From NCBI GenBank assembly GCA_026401035.1, contig JAPLNR010000051.1:15114-79113 (forward strand): a stretch of 64,000 bases of DNA, in the 5' to 3' direction. This stretch comes from Planctomycetia bacterium. GTDB taxonomy: Bacteria > Planctomycetota > Planctomycetia > Pirellulales > UBA1268. A program made the position numbers and the translations under genes. A model generated the notes under the pieces. It was given only the letters and a program-made list of their open reading frames with translations, was not told the origin of the DNA and searched no databases. The first letter of the stretch is position 1, and each line of letters starts with the position of its first letter. Positions 38,468-49,900 of this stretch are shown here, one piece after another.

Positions 38468-41400
38468 GCGTCACACGGAGGGCAGCCTGTGCGGTCTGGA
38501 TTCTCATGGCCAGCTTCATAGCGCCGACGGCGCCGGCCGCGGAGCAGACTGAATGGCACGTGCCTGAGGCATCGCGGCGGTTTGAAGTGTCGCTCGACCT
38601 CGTGCAGCAGGCTGCGGTGGAGGAGTTGCGCAGGCTCGGTGGCGGCATTCCGCTCAGCCGACTGGCTGGCTCCTTTGCCGACAGCCGCTCATGGCGAGCA
38701 ACGCCCGATGTCTTCCTGGCCGATCTGCCCGCAAAGGCATCCACGCTCACCTTCGACCCGCGTTACAAATGGCTCGTGCCGGGGATCGGTGCGGGGAAAC
38801 CCGACACACTGGAAAAGCAGTTGGGCGGCGAGGGCACCTGGGCGATCAAGCCTGAATACCGGTGGTTCGTGACGAGCCTCGCCGCGCAGATCCGGGTATG
38901 GATCGACGGGCAGCCGGCTACGAGCGAGACGGGGGCGCCGGGGTGGGCCGCCACGCAGGTTCGCTACCGGATTCCGCCGGGGGCAAAAGAGCTCAAGGTC
39001 GTGACAACGGCGGCATCGGGGCCCGTGCGGCAGATGGGGTTTATCACGCGGCCTCCGGCCGTGGCCGAGGCGTGGATCTGCCTGGGCGACGGTATGACCG
39101 CGGCAGATCTCGTGCCGATCGTGGTGGCCGTCGATGGCAGCGGCTCAGGCAAGGAGGTGGGCGCGTGGTCGCCGCCAGCCGCGGAGGCAGCTCCCTGGCA
39201 GGTGGTGTTTGACGCATCGAGCGGCGCCGAGCGGTTTCATGTGTATGCCGTCCCCAAGCAGGCCAAGCGGGCAGGTCCGAAGTGGACGCCCGCAGTTGGC
39301 GTCTGGCTCCAGGCGCGGTCGCTCGATCGTTACGACCCGAAGATCAACGACCCGAGAGGCTTTCTCGCCGCCTGGAAGCGCGGCCGGCCGCTCGGCACCG
39401 CCCGCGTCGAGGGCACGCTGCTCGACTGGTTTCCGTTCACGCTCGATGGCAGCGTGCGGCGGCATGGGGGCATGGCACCGCCGCCGGAGCTATCGCTTGC
39501 CCGCTGGTACACGCACCTCGACCTGCCGGGCGATGGCGTTTACCAGTTCCGAATGCGGGGTGTGCAAGGCGCCACGCTTCTGGTCGATGACACGCCGGTG
39601 GTCGTCAACAATGTCGCCAGCGGCGGCAAGCCCAAGGAGGTCGTGGACGTCGAGCTGAAGGCGGGCCGCCACAAGGTGGAAGTGCAGCAGTGGTGCCAGG
39701 GGGCGGGATTCATGCTGTCGGCGGCGCTGGCGGTCCCGGGGCAGCCGTGGCGAGCGACGCTGGGCACCGTGTATTCGTGGGAAGGTCAGGGATTCGATTT
39801 CGGCGACACCGTCGCCCCCACGATCGTTCAGGGCGTCGAACAGCTCGGCACAAACGGTGCGGCAAGCGGCCGGCCGCTGCTCACGCTCGACTGGACGGGC
39901 GATCGACTGGGCCACTGGCCGTGGACCGCGTATGCGGAGGGCCAGGCCGAGGATCTCGTGGGTCTTCACTTCCGCGCAACGCTCTCTCCTCCCCAGAATG
40001 GCGCGGTGTTTCGCTTCACGTTCGACGACGGGAGCGTCGCGGAGGGGCAGGACGTGAAGTATCTCTTTCTGTCGCCCGGTATTCGTACGGTTCGCTGCGT
40101 GGCGGTCGATGCCGACGGCCGCACCATCGCCGAGACGACCGCGCGGGTGCGGGTGGAGGCAAATCGCTGGACGCTCCCCGTGTTTGATCCGCGAATGATC
40201 CGCCGTGATCTCGGCTTCGAAGAGTCGGTGCCGAGCATCGTCGCGCGGGAGCCGCTCTTCGCCACGATGCCGATCGCCGATCTCGTAAACGTGCATGCCT
40301 GGACGGGCCAGGGCAGGCATCGCGATCTGCAGCGCACGGCGGGCGCCGCGCTTGCCGCGCGGCTCGACGAAGCGCTGGCCTCGTGGAAGGCCGACGCCAC
40401 ACTCTTCCACGCCGATCTCCTCGCGGAGCCATGGTCGCAGCAGTATGCGGCAGCTGGGCGGGCGTATAAGAGCGTGTTCGACGCCGAGCCTCCCGGATCG
40501 CCGCGACGGATTCAGGCGGCGCTGGCGCTGGCTCGTCTGCTGGCCACGCACGAGGGCAAGGCGGCCGAAGCCGCATCGCTCCTCGAGGCTCTCGCCAAGG
40601 AGCGGCTCCCGGTGGACTGGCGGAGCGGATGGGAACTGGCCCGCGATAGCCTGCACCATCCCAGCCCCATGGCGGTGCCGGTGGCGGAGACGCTCGCTGC
40701 GAAACGCCTGGAACCGCTCGCCTGGGGGCCGCTCACCATGCCGCTCAACTGGCATCTCTTTGCCGGGGCGGCCTGGAACATGGGCGCAGCGGCTTTCGAC
40801 CGCCGGCTCGATCCGGCCTCCGCCCGCTCGGCGTTGGTGGAGATCGATGTCAAAGGCCGGGAGCGGGTTGCCATCTGGTGCGAGGGCAGTTCTCCCCGCG
40901 TTGCCGTGCTCGAGCCGAGGTTCGTGCTCGACGACGGCAGCGAACAGCCCTTGAAGGCGGAGGACTTCGCGCTGTACGCGGCCGCGTGGGGCCGCTGCGG
41001 ACAAGACGCGATCACGGTGGACAAGCGACCCCGCACCGACGGCTTCGGTGCCGTGCCGCGGTATGCGAGCGGCGGAAACGTGGCGGTTCCATCGAAGGCT
41101 CGCCGGTTCCGTGCCACCGTGGTGCTCGACGACGCGAGTCCGGCGAAACTTGCCTGCCGGGTGCGAGTGGCCGCCACCGAGACCGACCGGTGCTATTGGT
41201 TTCGCAAGTCGTTCGACGTTGCCAAGGCCGACGCCGGCCGGCCACTAGCCGTCACGCCAGGCTCGTTCACGATCATGCTGTCTGGCAATCGGTTTCTGAA
41301 GGAGGGGGCGGTGTGGTTCGATGGAAATTTCCTGGGCCAGCCCGCCGATGGTGCCTGGACCGTGCCGGCGGCCGCAGTCACCGCGGGGCGACATGAAGTC

Positions 41401-42039
41401 ATGGTGCTGTTGCAAGATCGGCGCGTGCCCCCTTATGCCACCGCGCCCGGGGCCTTCACCGACATGCGGGTGTTGGTGCCCGGGCCCTACGAGGGCATCG
41501 ATATGGCCAGCCGGGTGGCCGCCACCCTCGGCACATGCTTGCTCGCTGCAGCGCGGACCGAGGAGGGATTGAAGATTCTCGATCGGCTGGCTCCTCCCGA
41601 CGCGCGTTGGCCGCCCGACGCCCGCGACCGGTCCCGCGTGGTCGGCCAGCTCAAGCGGGCCCGGCAACTCGTGGCCTCGGGCGACGACGGCCCCTCCTAC
41701 GCGATCGACGCACTCGAGGAACTGGCCGTGCGGTGGCCGCGGCTGCGGCTTGATCCCGAGTGGCGCACGACCATGCTCGAGGCCCACGTGGCCCGCGGTG
41801 AGCATCGCGCCGCCGATCCGGTAGCCCACGAACTTCGTGCCACCGCAGATCTCGCGGATCCGCTCCGCCGCCGCATCCTGCTGGCCTCCGTCCGCATCAC
41901 CGCTGCCCGGGGCGACATTTCCGCAGCTCGCGGTCATGCCGCCGACTTGGAGAGGAACTGGCCTTATGCCGACGAAACGCTGGCGGCGGCCGACCTCTTC
42001 AACGTGAAAAAGCGGCGTGGCCTTCAGGTCACCCCGTAG
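38464..42039 (+). CDS. Secreted 1191-aa protein with PA14-like and PKD-like domains and a C-terminal TPR-like helical region
   Basis: The ATG at 38464 (ATGA overlap), with a signal peptide. PA14-like GDGVYQFRMRGVQGATLLVDDTPVV...VELKAGRHKVEVQQW. PKD-like FRFTFDDGSVAEGQDVKYLFLSPGIRTVRCVAVDADG. Confidence 0.75.
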   Translation: MSVTRRAACAVWILMASFIAPTAPAAEQTEWHVPEASRRFEVSLDLVQQAAVEELRRLGGGIPLSRLAGSFADSRSWRATPDVFLADLPAKASTLTFDPRYKWLVPGIGAGKPDTLEKQLGGEGTWAIKPEYRWFVTSLAAQIRVWIDGQPATSETGAPGWAATQVRYRIPPGAKELKVVTTAASGPVRQMGFITRPPAVAEAWICLGDGMTAADLVPIVVAVDGSGSGKEVGAWSPPAAEAAPWQVVFDASSGAERFHVYAVPKQAKRAGPKWTPAVGVWLQARSLDRYDPKINDPRGFLAAWKRGRPLGTARVEGTLLDWFPFTLDGSVRRHGGMAPPPELSLARWYTHLDLPGDGVYQFRMRGVQGATLLVDDTPVVVNNVASGGKPKEVVDVELKAGRHKVEVQQWCQGAGFMLSAALAVPGQPWRATLGTVYSWEGQGFDFGDTVAPTIVQGVEQLGTNGAASGRPLLTLDWTGDRLGHWPWTAYAEGQAEDLVGLHFRATLSPPQNGAVFRFTFDDGSVAEGQDVKYLFLSPGIRTVRCVAVDADGRTIAETTARVRVEANRWTLPVFDPRMIRRDLGFEESVPSIVAREPLFATMPIADLVNVHAWTGQGRHRDLQRTAGAALAARLDEALASWKADATLFHADLLAEPWSQQYAAAGRAYKSVFDAEPPGSPRRIQAALALARLLATHEGKAAEAASLLEALAKERLPVDWRSGWELARDSLHHPSPMAVPVAETLAAKRLEPLAWGPLTMPLNWHLFAGAAWNMGAAAFDRRLDPASARSALVEIDVKGRERVAIWCEGSSPRVAVLEPRFVLDDGSEQPLKAEDFALYAAAWGRCGQDAITVDKRPRTDGFGAVPRYASGGNVAVPSKARRFRATVVLDDASPAKLACRVRVAATETDRCYWFRKSFDVAKADAGRPLAVTPGSFTIMLSGNRFLKEGAVWFDGNFLGQPADGAWTVPAAAVTAGRHEVMVLLQDRRVPPYATAPGAFTDMRVLVPGPYEGIDMASRVAATLGTCLLAAARTEEGLKILDRLAPPDARWPPDARDRSRVVGQLKRARQLVASGDDGPSYAIDALEELAVRWPRLRLDPEWRTTMLEAHVARGEHRAADPVAHELRATADLADPLRRRILLASVRITAARGDISAARGHAADLERNWPYADETLAAADLFNVKKRRGLQVTP

Positions 42040-42112
42040 CCCACGATGCGGCGTCCGCCGCCATGGATGAAACCAACGCCGCGGCGATTGCAGTTCACGT
42101 CGCAGGCGGGAT

Positions 42113-42146
42113 GCTGTCGGCAGAAATGCCGACAGCGGCGGGTTTT
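42113..42146 (+). terminator. Candidate intrinsic terminator after the MoxR operon (copy 2 of the GAAA-loop hairpin)
   Basis: Perfect 10-bp stem gctgtcggca-gaaa-tgccgacagc (42113-42136), followed by ggcggg and a TTTT run (42143-42146), 74 nt after the operon stop. Confidence 0.4.
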
Positions 42147-42277
42147 GATCGGATAGGCCCCACGGCTGCATGGGCTGTATCCCCTCCTTTGCCGACGTGC
42201 TCTCGGTGTTTTTCGTGCAAGGATTGATCGAGTCTCGGTCGAATTGACTGTGCGGCTTCGGAATTTCTCCCCGCCCC

Positions 42278-45200
42278 ATGCCCTCCACCCTGCCTGCCAT
42301 CTGCTTTGCCGTGTTTCCCCTGCGGCTCAAAACACTCGTCGCGATAGCAATTGCTGTGGTGCTGCCAAGATCTATGGCATCTGCCTCAGACCGCCTGGGT
42401 TACAACGCCGATGTTCGGCCGATCCTTGTCGAACACTGTTTCTCCTGCCACGGGGCCGATAGCGGCAGCCGGAAAGCCGATCTCCGGCTCGATCGTCGCG
42501 AGAATGCGGTCGAACACGGGGCGATCGCAGCCGGCGACCCTGACTCGAGCATGATGCTCGACCGAATCTTCTCGGACGATCCTGAGGAGGTGATGCCGCC
42601 ACCGGCGCTCAAGAAACCGCTCTCGGCAGAGCAGAAGGAGATCCTTAGAAAGTGGATCGCCGAAGGTGCGGAATACCAGCCGCATTGGTCGTTCATTCCG
42701 CCTTCCCTACAGCCGCCGCCGGCAGTCACAAACGAAGTCTGGGTGCGGAACACAATCGACCGATTCATTCTTGCCCGCCTGGAAAAAGAAGGGCTCGAAA
42801 CGGCACCGGAGGCAGATCGACGGACGCTCGCCCGACGGGTCGCCCTCGATATCACCGGCCTGCCCCCCGATCCCGCGCTCGTCGATGCCTTCGTCGGCGA
42901 TGGTCGCCCCGACGCCTACGAGCGTTTCGTCGATACGTTGTTGGCAATGCCTGAGTGGGGCGAACACCGCGGCCGCTACTGGCTCGACTATGCCCGATAT
43001 GCCGACACCCATGGGCTCCACTACGACGGCTATCGCGAGATGTGGAGCTACCGCCAGTGGGTGATCGATGCGTTCAACCGCAATCTGCCGTTCGATCAGT
43101 TCACGATTCAGCAGTTGGCTGGCGATCTCGTGGCGGCACAGGCCGAGTCCGCATCACTCGATGACCGGCTCGCGAGCCGGATTGCGAGCGGCTTCCATCG
43201 CTGCAATGTCACAACCGCCGAGGGGGGGTCTATTCCGCAGGAGTGTCTCGTGCTCTATGCCCGTGACCGCACCGATACGACGGCTACGGTCTGGATGGGG
43301 CTGACAGCCGGCTGTGCCGTGTGTCACGACCACAAATTCGATCCGTTCACCCAGCGTGACTTCTACTCGCTGTCCGCTTTTTTCAACCACACGACTCAGG
43401 CAGCACTCGATGGCAACGCCGTAGATACGCCTCCCATGATCGTGGTGCCGGTCGCGGCTGATCGCGAGCGATTTGCTGTTCTCGAAAAGGAGCAGCCAGC
43501 CGCGAAGCAGGCCGTCGACGCCCGGAAGAACGAGGGCCGCAAGGAGTTCGATGCCTGGCTCGAGCGGCTCGCGCCGGCCGACATCGAGGCCATCCTCCCG
43601 CAAGATACGCCGCTCTTCAATCTTGCCTGTGACGAGGGACGGGGGGACGAAACGAGCCTAGGCCACGAGGGCCGGCAACGGCCGCTGCGTTTGGCATCGA
43701 CCCGCTGGATCGAGGGTCCCGGCGGTAGGCCTGCCCTCGAACTCAATGGCAAGGCCGCGGAGGTTGCCGACATCCCGTCCTTCGAACATGACCGGCCATT
43801 TTCGGTGGTGATGCAGGTGCGGGTGCCCGCCGACGCCGGACCGCAGCAGACGGTCATCGGCAACCTCCAGCTCGGCGACGGCCAGCGCGGCTGGGAGGCG
43901 TGGATTCGCGGCGGCACGGTCGGCTTTCATTTGATCCACTCGTGGCCGAGCGAAGCCCTTCGCGTGACGACAGGCCTCCCGGCCAAACCGGAGACGTGGA
44001 CGAGCGTCACGATCACCTACGACGGCAAGGGCACGGCCGAATCCGTCCGCATCTTCGCCGATGGCAAGGCTCTCAAGTCCAAGACCGAGACCAAGTCGTT
44101 CAAGGGCAGCACGATCCGGTCCACCGAACCGCTCATGCTCGGTGCCCGCAAGAGCGGCGGCGACACCAAGGGGCTCGGCCTCGCGGCGCTGCGGATCTAT
44201 GGCCGCGTGCTGTCGGAGCAGGAGTGTGGGGCGATCGTTCTCGGCGACTCGCTGCTGCCGTTGGTCGGCATGCCGCCGGCAGAACGCGTCAAGCTCGGGA
44301 AAACCTTCTATGACCAGTGGCTGCGGGGAGTCGATCATGCCTACCAAGCAGTCAGCAGCCGCCTGCAGGATATCGACCGGGAAATTGCAACGATCAGGAA
44401 GCGGGGCACGATCGCCCATGTGATGAACGAAAAGCCTGGCATGCCCGAGGCATTCGTCTTGAGCCGCGGCGAATACGACAAGCCCCTCGACAAGGTGCAT
44501 CCCAACACGCCTGCGGCGCTGCCGCCATTTCCGGACGCGCTGCCGCGCAACCGGCTCGGGCTGGCCCAATGGCTGCTCATGCCCGAGCATCCGCTGACCG
44601 CGCGGGTGGTGGTGAACCGCTTCTGGCAGGAGGTGTTTGGCACGGGGCTCGTGCGCACGACCGGCGACTTCGGCACGACCGGCGAACTGCCCAGCCATCC
44701 GGAACTGCTCGACTGGCTGGCGGTCGAGTTCCGGGAAAGCGGCTGGGACGTGAAACAGCTCTTCCGGCTCATGGTGACGAGCGCCGCCTATCGCCAGAAG
44801 GCCGCAGCCACGCCGGAGAAGCTCGCCAAAGACGAGGCCAATCGTCTGCTTTCCCGGGGCCCGCGGTTCCGCATGGATGCCGAAATGATCCGCGATCACG
44901 CACTCGCGGCCAGCGGTCTGCTCGTGCGGCGGATCGGCGGCCCGAGCGTAAAGCCCTACCAGCCCGAAGGCGTCTGGGAAGCCGTCTCGATCGGTGGCAA
45001 CACCCGCAACTACGAGCAGGACAGGGGCGACGGCCTGTATCGCCGCAGTCTCTACTGGTTTTGGAAGCGGGCGGCACCGCCGGCCTCGCTCGAGGTCTTC
45101 AACGCACCGACGAGGGAAACCTGTTGCGTCAAGCGGGAGCGGACCAACACACCGCTGCAGGCGCTCGTCACGTTCAACGACCCGCAGTTGATCGAAGCCG

Positions 45201-45487
45201 CGCGAACGCTTGCGGACGGCGCGCTCGCGACGGCAGCGGCCGACGACGACCGGATCGACTTCATGGCCACACGGCTGCTGGCCCGCCCGCTGGCGGCCGA
45301 GGAGAAGGCGATCGTGCGGGAGTCGCTTGAGAAGTTTGCCGGCTGGTATTCAGCCCATGTCGACGATGCAGCCAAGCTGATAGCCGTCGGCGCATCGAAG
45401 CCGCGCACGACGGATCCGTCGCTCCTCGCGGCCTGGACGATGCTCGCCAACGAACTCATGAACTACGACGAAGTGCTCTGCAAGTAG
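42278..45487 (+). CDS. PSCyt1 + PSCyt2 (DUF1549) + LamG-like + PSD1 (DUF1553) protein
   Basis: 1069 aa. Heme site CFSCHGADSGSRKADLRLD, WVRNTIDRFILARLEKEGL, CAVCHDHKFDPFTQRDFYSLSAFF, and C-terminal NRFWQEVFG...ELPSHPELLDWLA. Confidence 0.9.
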   Translation: MPSTLPAICFAVFPLRLKTLVAIAIAVVLPRSMASASDRLGYNADVRPILVEHCFSCHGADSGSRKADLRLDRRENAVEHGAIAAGDPDSSMMLDRIFSDDPEEVMPPPALKKPLSAEQKEILRKWIAEGAEYQPHWSFIPPSLQPPPAVTNEVWVRNTIDRFILARLEKEGLETAPEADRRTLARRVALDITGLPPDPALVDAFVGDGRPDAYERFVDTLLAMPEWGEHRGRYWLDYARYADTHGLHYDGYREMWSYRQWVIDAFNRNLPFDQFTIQQLAGDLVAAQAESASLDDRLASRIASGFHRCNVTTAEGGSIPQECLVLYARDRTDTTATVWMGLTAGCAVCHDHKFDPFTQRDFYSLSAFFNHTTQAALDGNAVDTPPMIVVPVAADRERFAVLEKEQPAAKQAVDARKNEGRKEFDAWLERLAPADIEAILPQDTPLFNLACDEGRGDETSLGHEGRQRPLRLASTRWIEGPGGRPALELNGKAAEVADIPSFEHDRPFSVVMQVRVPADAGPQQTVIGNLQLGDGQRGWEAWIRGGTVGFHLIHSWPSEALRVTTGLPAKPETWTSVTITYDGKGTAESVRIFADGKALKSKTETKSFKGSTIRSTEPLMLGARKSGGDTKGLGLAALRIYGRVLSEQECGAIVLGDSLLPLVGMPPAERVKLGKTFYDQWLRGVDHAYQAVSSRLQDIDREIATIRKRGTIAHVMNEKPGMPEAFVLSRGEYDKPLDKVHPNTPAALPPFPDALPRNRLGLAQWLLMPEHPLTARVVVNRFWQEVFGTGLVRTTGDFGTTGELPSHPELLDWLAVEFRESGWDVKQLFRLMVTSAAYRQKAAATPEKLAKDEANRLLSRGPRFRMDAEMIRDHALAASGLLVRRIGGPSVKPYQPEGVWEAVSIGGNTRNYEQDRGDGLYRRSLYWFWKRAAPPASLEVFNAPTRETCCVKRERTNTPLQALVTFNDPQLIEAARTLADGALATAAADDDRIDFMATRLLARPLAAEEKAIVRESLEKFAGWYSAHVDDAAKLIAVGASKPRTTDPSLLAAWTMLANELMNYDEVLCK

Positions 45488-45495
45488 GTGCCATC

Positions 45496-46941
45496 ATGAA
45501 TCCGATCGAGGAACTCGGGCTGAACTTCACGCGGCGGCGGTTTTTCCAGCAGGGCAGCCACCTGCTCGGCGGGGCGGCGCTGGCGTCGCTCGTCGGCGGA
45601 AACTCCGCCCGCGCTGCCGCCGGATCGTCGCCAGCCCCCCACTTCGCGCCGAAGGCGAAACAGGTGATCTACCTCCACATGGTGGGCGGGCCGCCACAGC
45701 AGGATCTGTTCGATCACAAGCCGGACCTCGCCGACTGGTACGACAAGGACATGCCCGCGAGCATCCGCAACGGCCAGCGGCTGACGACGATGACCTCGGG
45801 CCAGGCCCGGCTGCCGATCGCCCCGACGAAATACCGGTTTGCCCGGCACGGCGAAAGCCAGATGGCGGTGACGGAACTGCTGCCGCACACGGCGAAGATG
45901 GTCGATCAAATGTGCTTCATCCGCAGCCTGCATACGGAGGCGATCAACCACGAGCCGGCGATCACCTGCATGCAGACCGGCAATCAGATCGCGGGCCGGC
46001 CCTGCCTGGGCTCGTGGGCAAGCTATGGTCTCGGAAGCCTCAACAAAGACCTGCCGACGTTCGTGGTGCTCGTGGCCAAGCCCTCGAAAAACGCCCAGCC
46101 CCAGCCGATCTCGGCGCGGATCTGGTCGAGCGGCTACCTGCCGGGTGAACATGCCGGCGTCAGTTTTCGCTCGGCGGGCGATCCGATTCTCTACATCCAG
46201 AATCCGCCCGGCGTGCCGACGGCCCTCCGCCGGGCATCGCTCGACGGCGTGCAGAAGCTCAATGCGCGGCTGCTGGCCGACCTCGGCGATCCCGAAACCG
46301 CCACACGGATCGCGCAGTACGAGATGGCCTTCCGCATGCAGGCGAGCGTGCCGGAACTCACCGACCTCGCGTCGGAGCCGGCCGCCACGTTCGCCCTCTA
46401 CGGCGACGAGGCGAAGAAGCCTGGCACTTTCGCGAATACAGCGCTCATGGCCCGGAGACTCGTCGAGCGCGGGGTGCGGTTCGTGCAGATCTACCACAAC
46501 AACTGGGACACGCATGCCGACGTCTCCGGACGGCTGCCCAGCCAGTGCAAGGATATCGACCAGGCCTGCTACGGTCTCGTTCAGGACCTGAAGCAGCGGG
46601 GCATGCTCGATGAGACGCTCGTCGTCTGGGGCGGCGAGTTCGGCCGCACGATCTATTCGCAGGGCACCCTCACGCGGGAAAACTACGGCCGCGACCACCA
46701 TCCGCGGTGCTTCACGATGTGGATGGCGGGCGGGGGCTCGCGGCCGGGCCAGATCTACGGGGAGACCGACGAGTTCTCCTACAACATCGTGAAAGACCCG
46801 GTGCACATCCGCGACTTCCATGCCACGGTGCTGCACCTGCTCGGGTTCGAACACGAGCGGTTCACATTCCGCCACCTCGGCCTCGACCAGCGGCTGACGG
46901 GCGTCGAGCATGCGCGGGTCGTGAGCGAGCTGTTGGCTTAA
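45496..46941 (+). CDS. DUF1501 (sulfatase/alkaline-phosphatase-superfamily-like) protein with a Tat signal
   Basis: 481 aa, 8 nt after the upstream stop. Tat motif TRRRFFQQG. YLHMVGGPPQQDLFDHKP, WDTHAD, GRDHHPRCFTMWMAGGG. Confidence 0.9.
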   Translation: MNPIEELGLNFTRRRFFQQGSHLLGGAALASLVGGNSARAAAGSSPAPHFAPKAKQVIYLHMVGGPPQQDLFDHKPDLADWYDKDMPASIRNGQRLTTMTSGQARLPIAPTKYRFARHGESQMAVTELLPHTAKMVDQMCFIRSLHTEAINHEPAITCMQTGNQIAGRPCLGSWASYGLGSLNKDLPTFVVLVAKPSKNAQPQPISARIWSSGYLPGEHAGVSFRSAGDPILYIQNPPGVPTALRRASLDGVQKLNARLLADLGDPETATRIAQYEMAFRMQASVPELTDLASEPAATFALYGDEAKKPGTFANTALMARRLVERGVRFVQIYHNNWDTHADVSGRLPSQCKDIDQACYGLVQDLKQRGMLDETLVVWGGEFGRTIYSQGTLTRENYGRDHHPRCFTMWMAGGGSRPGQIYGETDEFSYNIVKDPVHIRDFHATVLHLLGFEHERFTFRHLGLDQRLTGVEHARVVSELLA

Positions 46942-46952
46942 AAAAGGTGAAG

Positions 46953-49900
46953 ATGTCTGCCATGCCATGCTCCGCTCGCCTCGCAAATAACTGCGTTCGT
47001 CTGCTGCTCGGACTGGTCGGCGGCGGCATCGTCGCGGCAACTCCAGCGTGGGCTGACCTCCCGCCGGAGCAGTTGGCATTCTTCGAATCGAAGATCCGCC
47101 CTGTTCTGTTGCAGCACTGTTACGAGTGCCACTCGGCCGAGGCTCTGAAGGGGGGCAGGCTCAAGGCCGAACTGCTGCTCGACTCGCGGGCCGGCATGGC
47201 GAAGGGGGGCGAGAGCGGCCCCGCGGTGGTGGCGGGCAAAAAGGAAGAAAGCCTGCTGCTCGCGGCCCTCAAGTATGACGGCTACGAGATGCCCCCCTCC
47301 GGCAAACTGCCCGACGAGGTGATCGGCGACTTCGAAAAGTGGATTGAGATGGGGGCGCCCGATCCGCGCGATGAACCGCTGGCGGATGCCGGTCCGCGGG
47401 AGATCGACGTGGCCGCCGGCCGCAACCATTGGTCCTACCGCCGGCTGGCTGCTGTCTCGCCGCCGGCTGTGGCGAACATGGCATGGGTGAGAAACGACGT
47501 CGACCGCTTTATCCTCGCCAAGCAGGAGGCGGCTGGGATCACGCCAAACGCGGAGGCCGGCAAGGAAAAGCTCCTGCGCCGCGTGACGTTCGGCCTCACC
47601 GGTCTGCCCCCGACGCCGGGCGAGCGGCAGCTCTTCATGGCCGATACATCCCCCGCCGCTTATGAAAAACTCGTCGATCGGCTGCTTGCCAGTCCGCGGT
47701 ACGGCGAGCGGTGGGGCCGTCATTGGCTCGACGCCGTTCGTTTCGCGGAGAGCGGCGGCTACGAGTTCGACGGCGACCGCCCCGGGGCCCATCACTACCG
47801 AGACTTCGTCATTCGGGCGTTCAACGACGACATGCCCTACGACCGGTTCTTGCAACTCCAGATAGCGGGAGACCTGATCGACCCCGCGAGTTACGACGCG
47901 ATCAGCGCCACGGGCTTCTTCGTCGCCGGTCCGTATCCGGGTCAAATCACCATGAAGACGGCCGAGCCGATCCGCTACGACCAGCTCGACGACATGGTGC
48001 AGGCCCTCGGCTCGGGTGTGCTCGGCATGACGATCGGCTGCGCTCGTTGCCACGACCATAAGTACGACGCCATCTCGCATCGTGACTACTACGCGATGAT
48101 CGCGTGCCTGGGAAACACGGTCCACACCACCGTCGCTCTCGATCCGAATCCCGAGGCGACCAAGCTCGCCCGCGCCGAATGGGAGGCGATGCGGGCTCCG
48201 GTGGTGGCGGTCCTGGACCGGTTCCGCACGGGTGAGTTTCCGGCCCGCCTGGAGAAGTGGCTGGCCAGTGACATCGCCGCGCAGGCCCCGGCACCGTGGC
48301 TGCTGCTCGATCCTGACACGCTCACAGCCGCGCGGGCCACGCTCACCGCAGACGCCGAAGACGTGGTCGTAGCCTCCGGAAAACTCGAGCCCAACGACAC
48401 CTACACGCTTTCTTTCAGCACGCAGCAGAAACAACTGACCGGGCTCAGGCTGGAAGCCTTCGCCAGCGCGGCGGCCCCCGGCGGCGGTCCCGGCGTGGGG
48501 CAGGACGGCTCCTTTCAGCTTTCCGAACTCAAGGTCACGGCGGACCCGCTGATGCCGGCGGCAGGCCGCAAGCAGGTGAAGGTGAAACTGCAGCCGGGCG
48601 TGGCTACGTTCGAGGAGAACGGCTTCGAACTCGCCAAGGCAGTCGACGGTAACACGAACACCGGCTGGTCGGTCGACGGGCAACTTGGGAAGGACCATGC
48701 CGCCACCTTCGCGTTCGAGAACCCGGTGGGGTTCGAGGGGGGCACGAAGATCAAGGTCGAGCTGACGTTCCAGGCCAATCAGCACGGACTCGCCAGGTTC
48801 CGCCTTGCTGCCACCTCAGGCATGCCGGCCGCCATGGTCGATGGCTCTGCGGTGCCGCAGGCAGCCCGTGAGATCGTGTCGATCGTGGAGGCGGTGCGGG
48901 CCGCTGGAAAACCCCTGGTCGACGACGCAGCGGTTTCGCGCGAGGCGATGCGGTGGTTCCGCAAGTTCGATACCGACACCGACCGGGTGCTGGCCACGCT
49001 CGACGCCGTCGATACCAGGCAGCCGAAACCCGCTCTTCTTTCGATCTATGGGACGGGCAAGGGGGGCTCGGATGTCTACCTGCTCAAGCGCGGCGAGGTG
49101 GCCCGCAAGGGCGACAAGGCGGCGGCCGGCTTTGTGCGGTCCACGCTGGCCGCGGACGCAGCCGAACAGGAGCTCTTTGTCGGCACCGACAACAAACCTG
49201 TCGCCCACCCGCGGCTGGCGCTGGCTGAATACATCACCAACGTGAACGGCGGCGCCGGCCCCCTGGCCGCCCGCGTGATCGTCAACCGCCTCTGGCACCA
49301 CCACTTCGGCCGAGGAATCACCGCCACGCCCAACGACCTCGGGACGCAGGGGGAGGCTCCCACGCATCCCGAGCTCCTCGAATGGCTCGCCGGCCGGCTC
49401 GTCGAGGGCAACTGGGGACTCAAGCAGATTCACCGGCTGATCGTCACGAGCGCCGTCTACCGCCAGGCCGGCACGATTCCGGAATCCCATCGGGTGAAGG
49501 ATCCCGACAACCTGCTCCTCTGGCACCGCAGGCCGATTCGCCTCGAGGGCGAGTCGATCCGCGACGCCTTGTTGATGGCGGCCGGCACGCTCGACACGAA
49601 GATGTATGGCCCCGGCACGCTCGACGTGAGCAGTCCGCGTCGCAGCGTCTACCTGACCGTGAAACGGAGTCAGCCGGTGCCGTTTCTGCAGGTCTTCGAT
49701 CAGCCGGAGCCCGTGCTCTCGGTCGGCTCCCGCGGCACGGCCACGGTGCCGACGCAGTCGCTGGCCATGATGAATTCACCGTTCGTGCGGACGGCCGCCG
49801 AGGGGCTCGCGAAGCGGGCCCGCGACACGATCGGCATCGGTTCTTCCCCGACGGGCATCGCGGGCGATGCGCTCATCGACTACTGCTTCACGGTCGTCCT

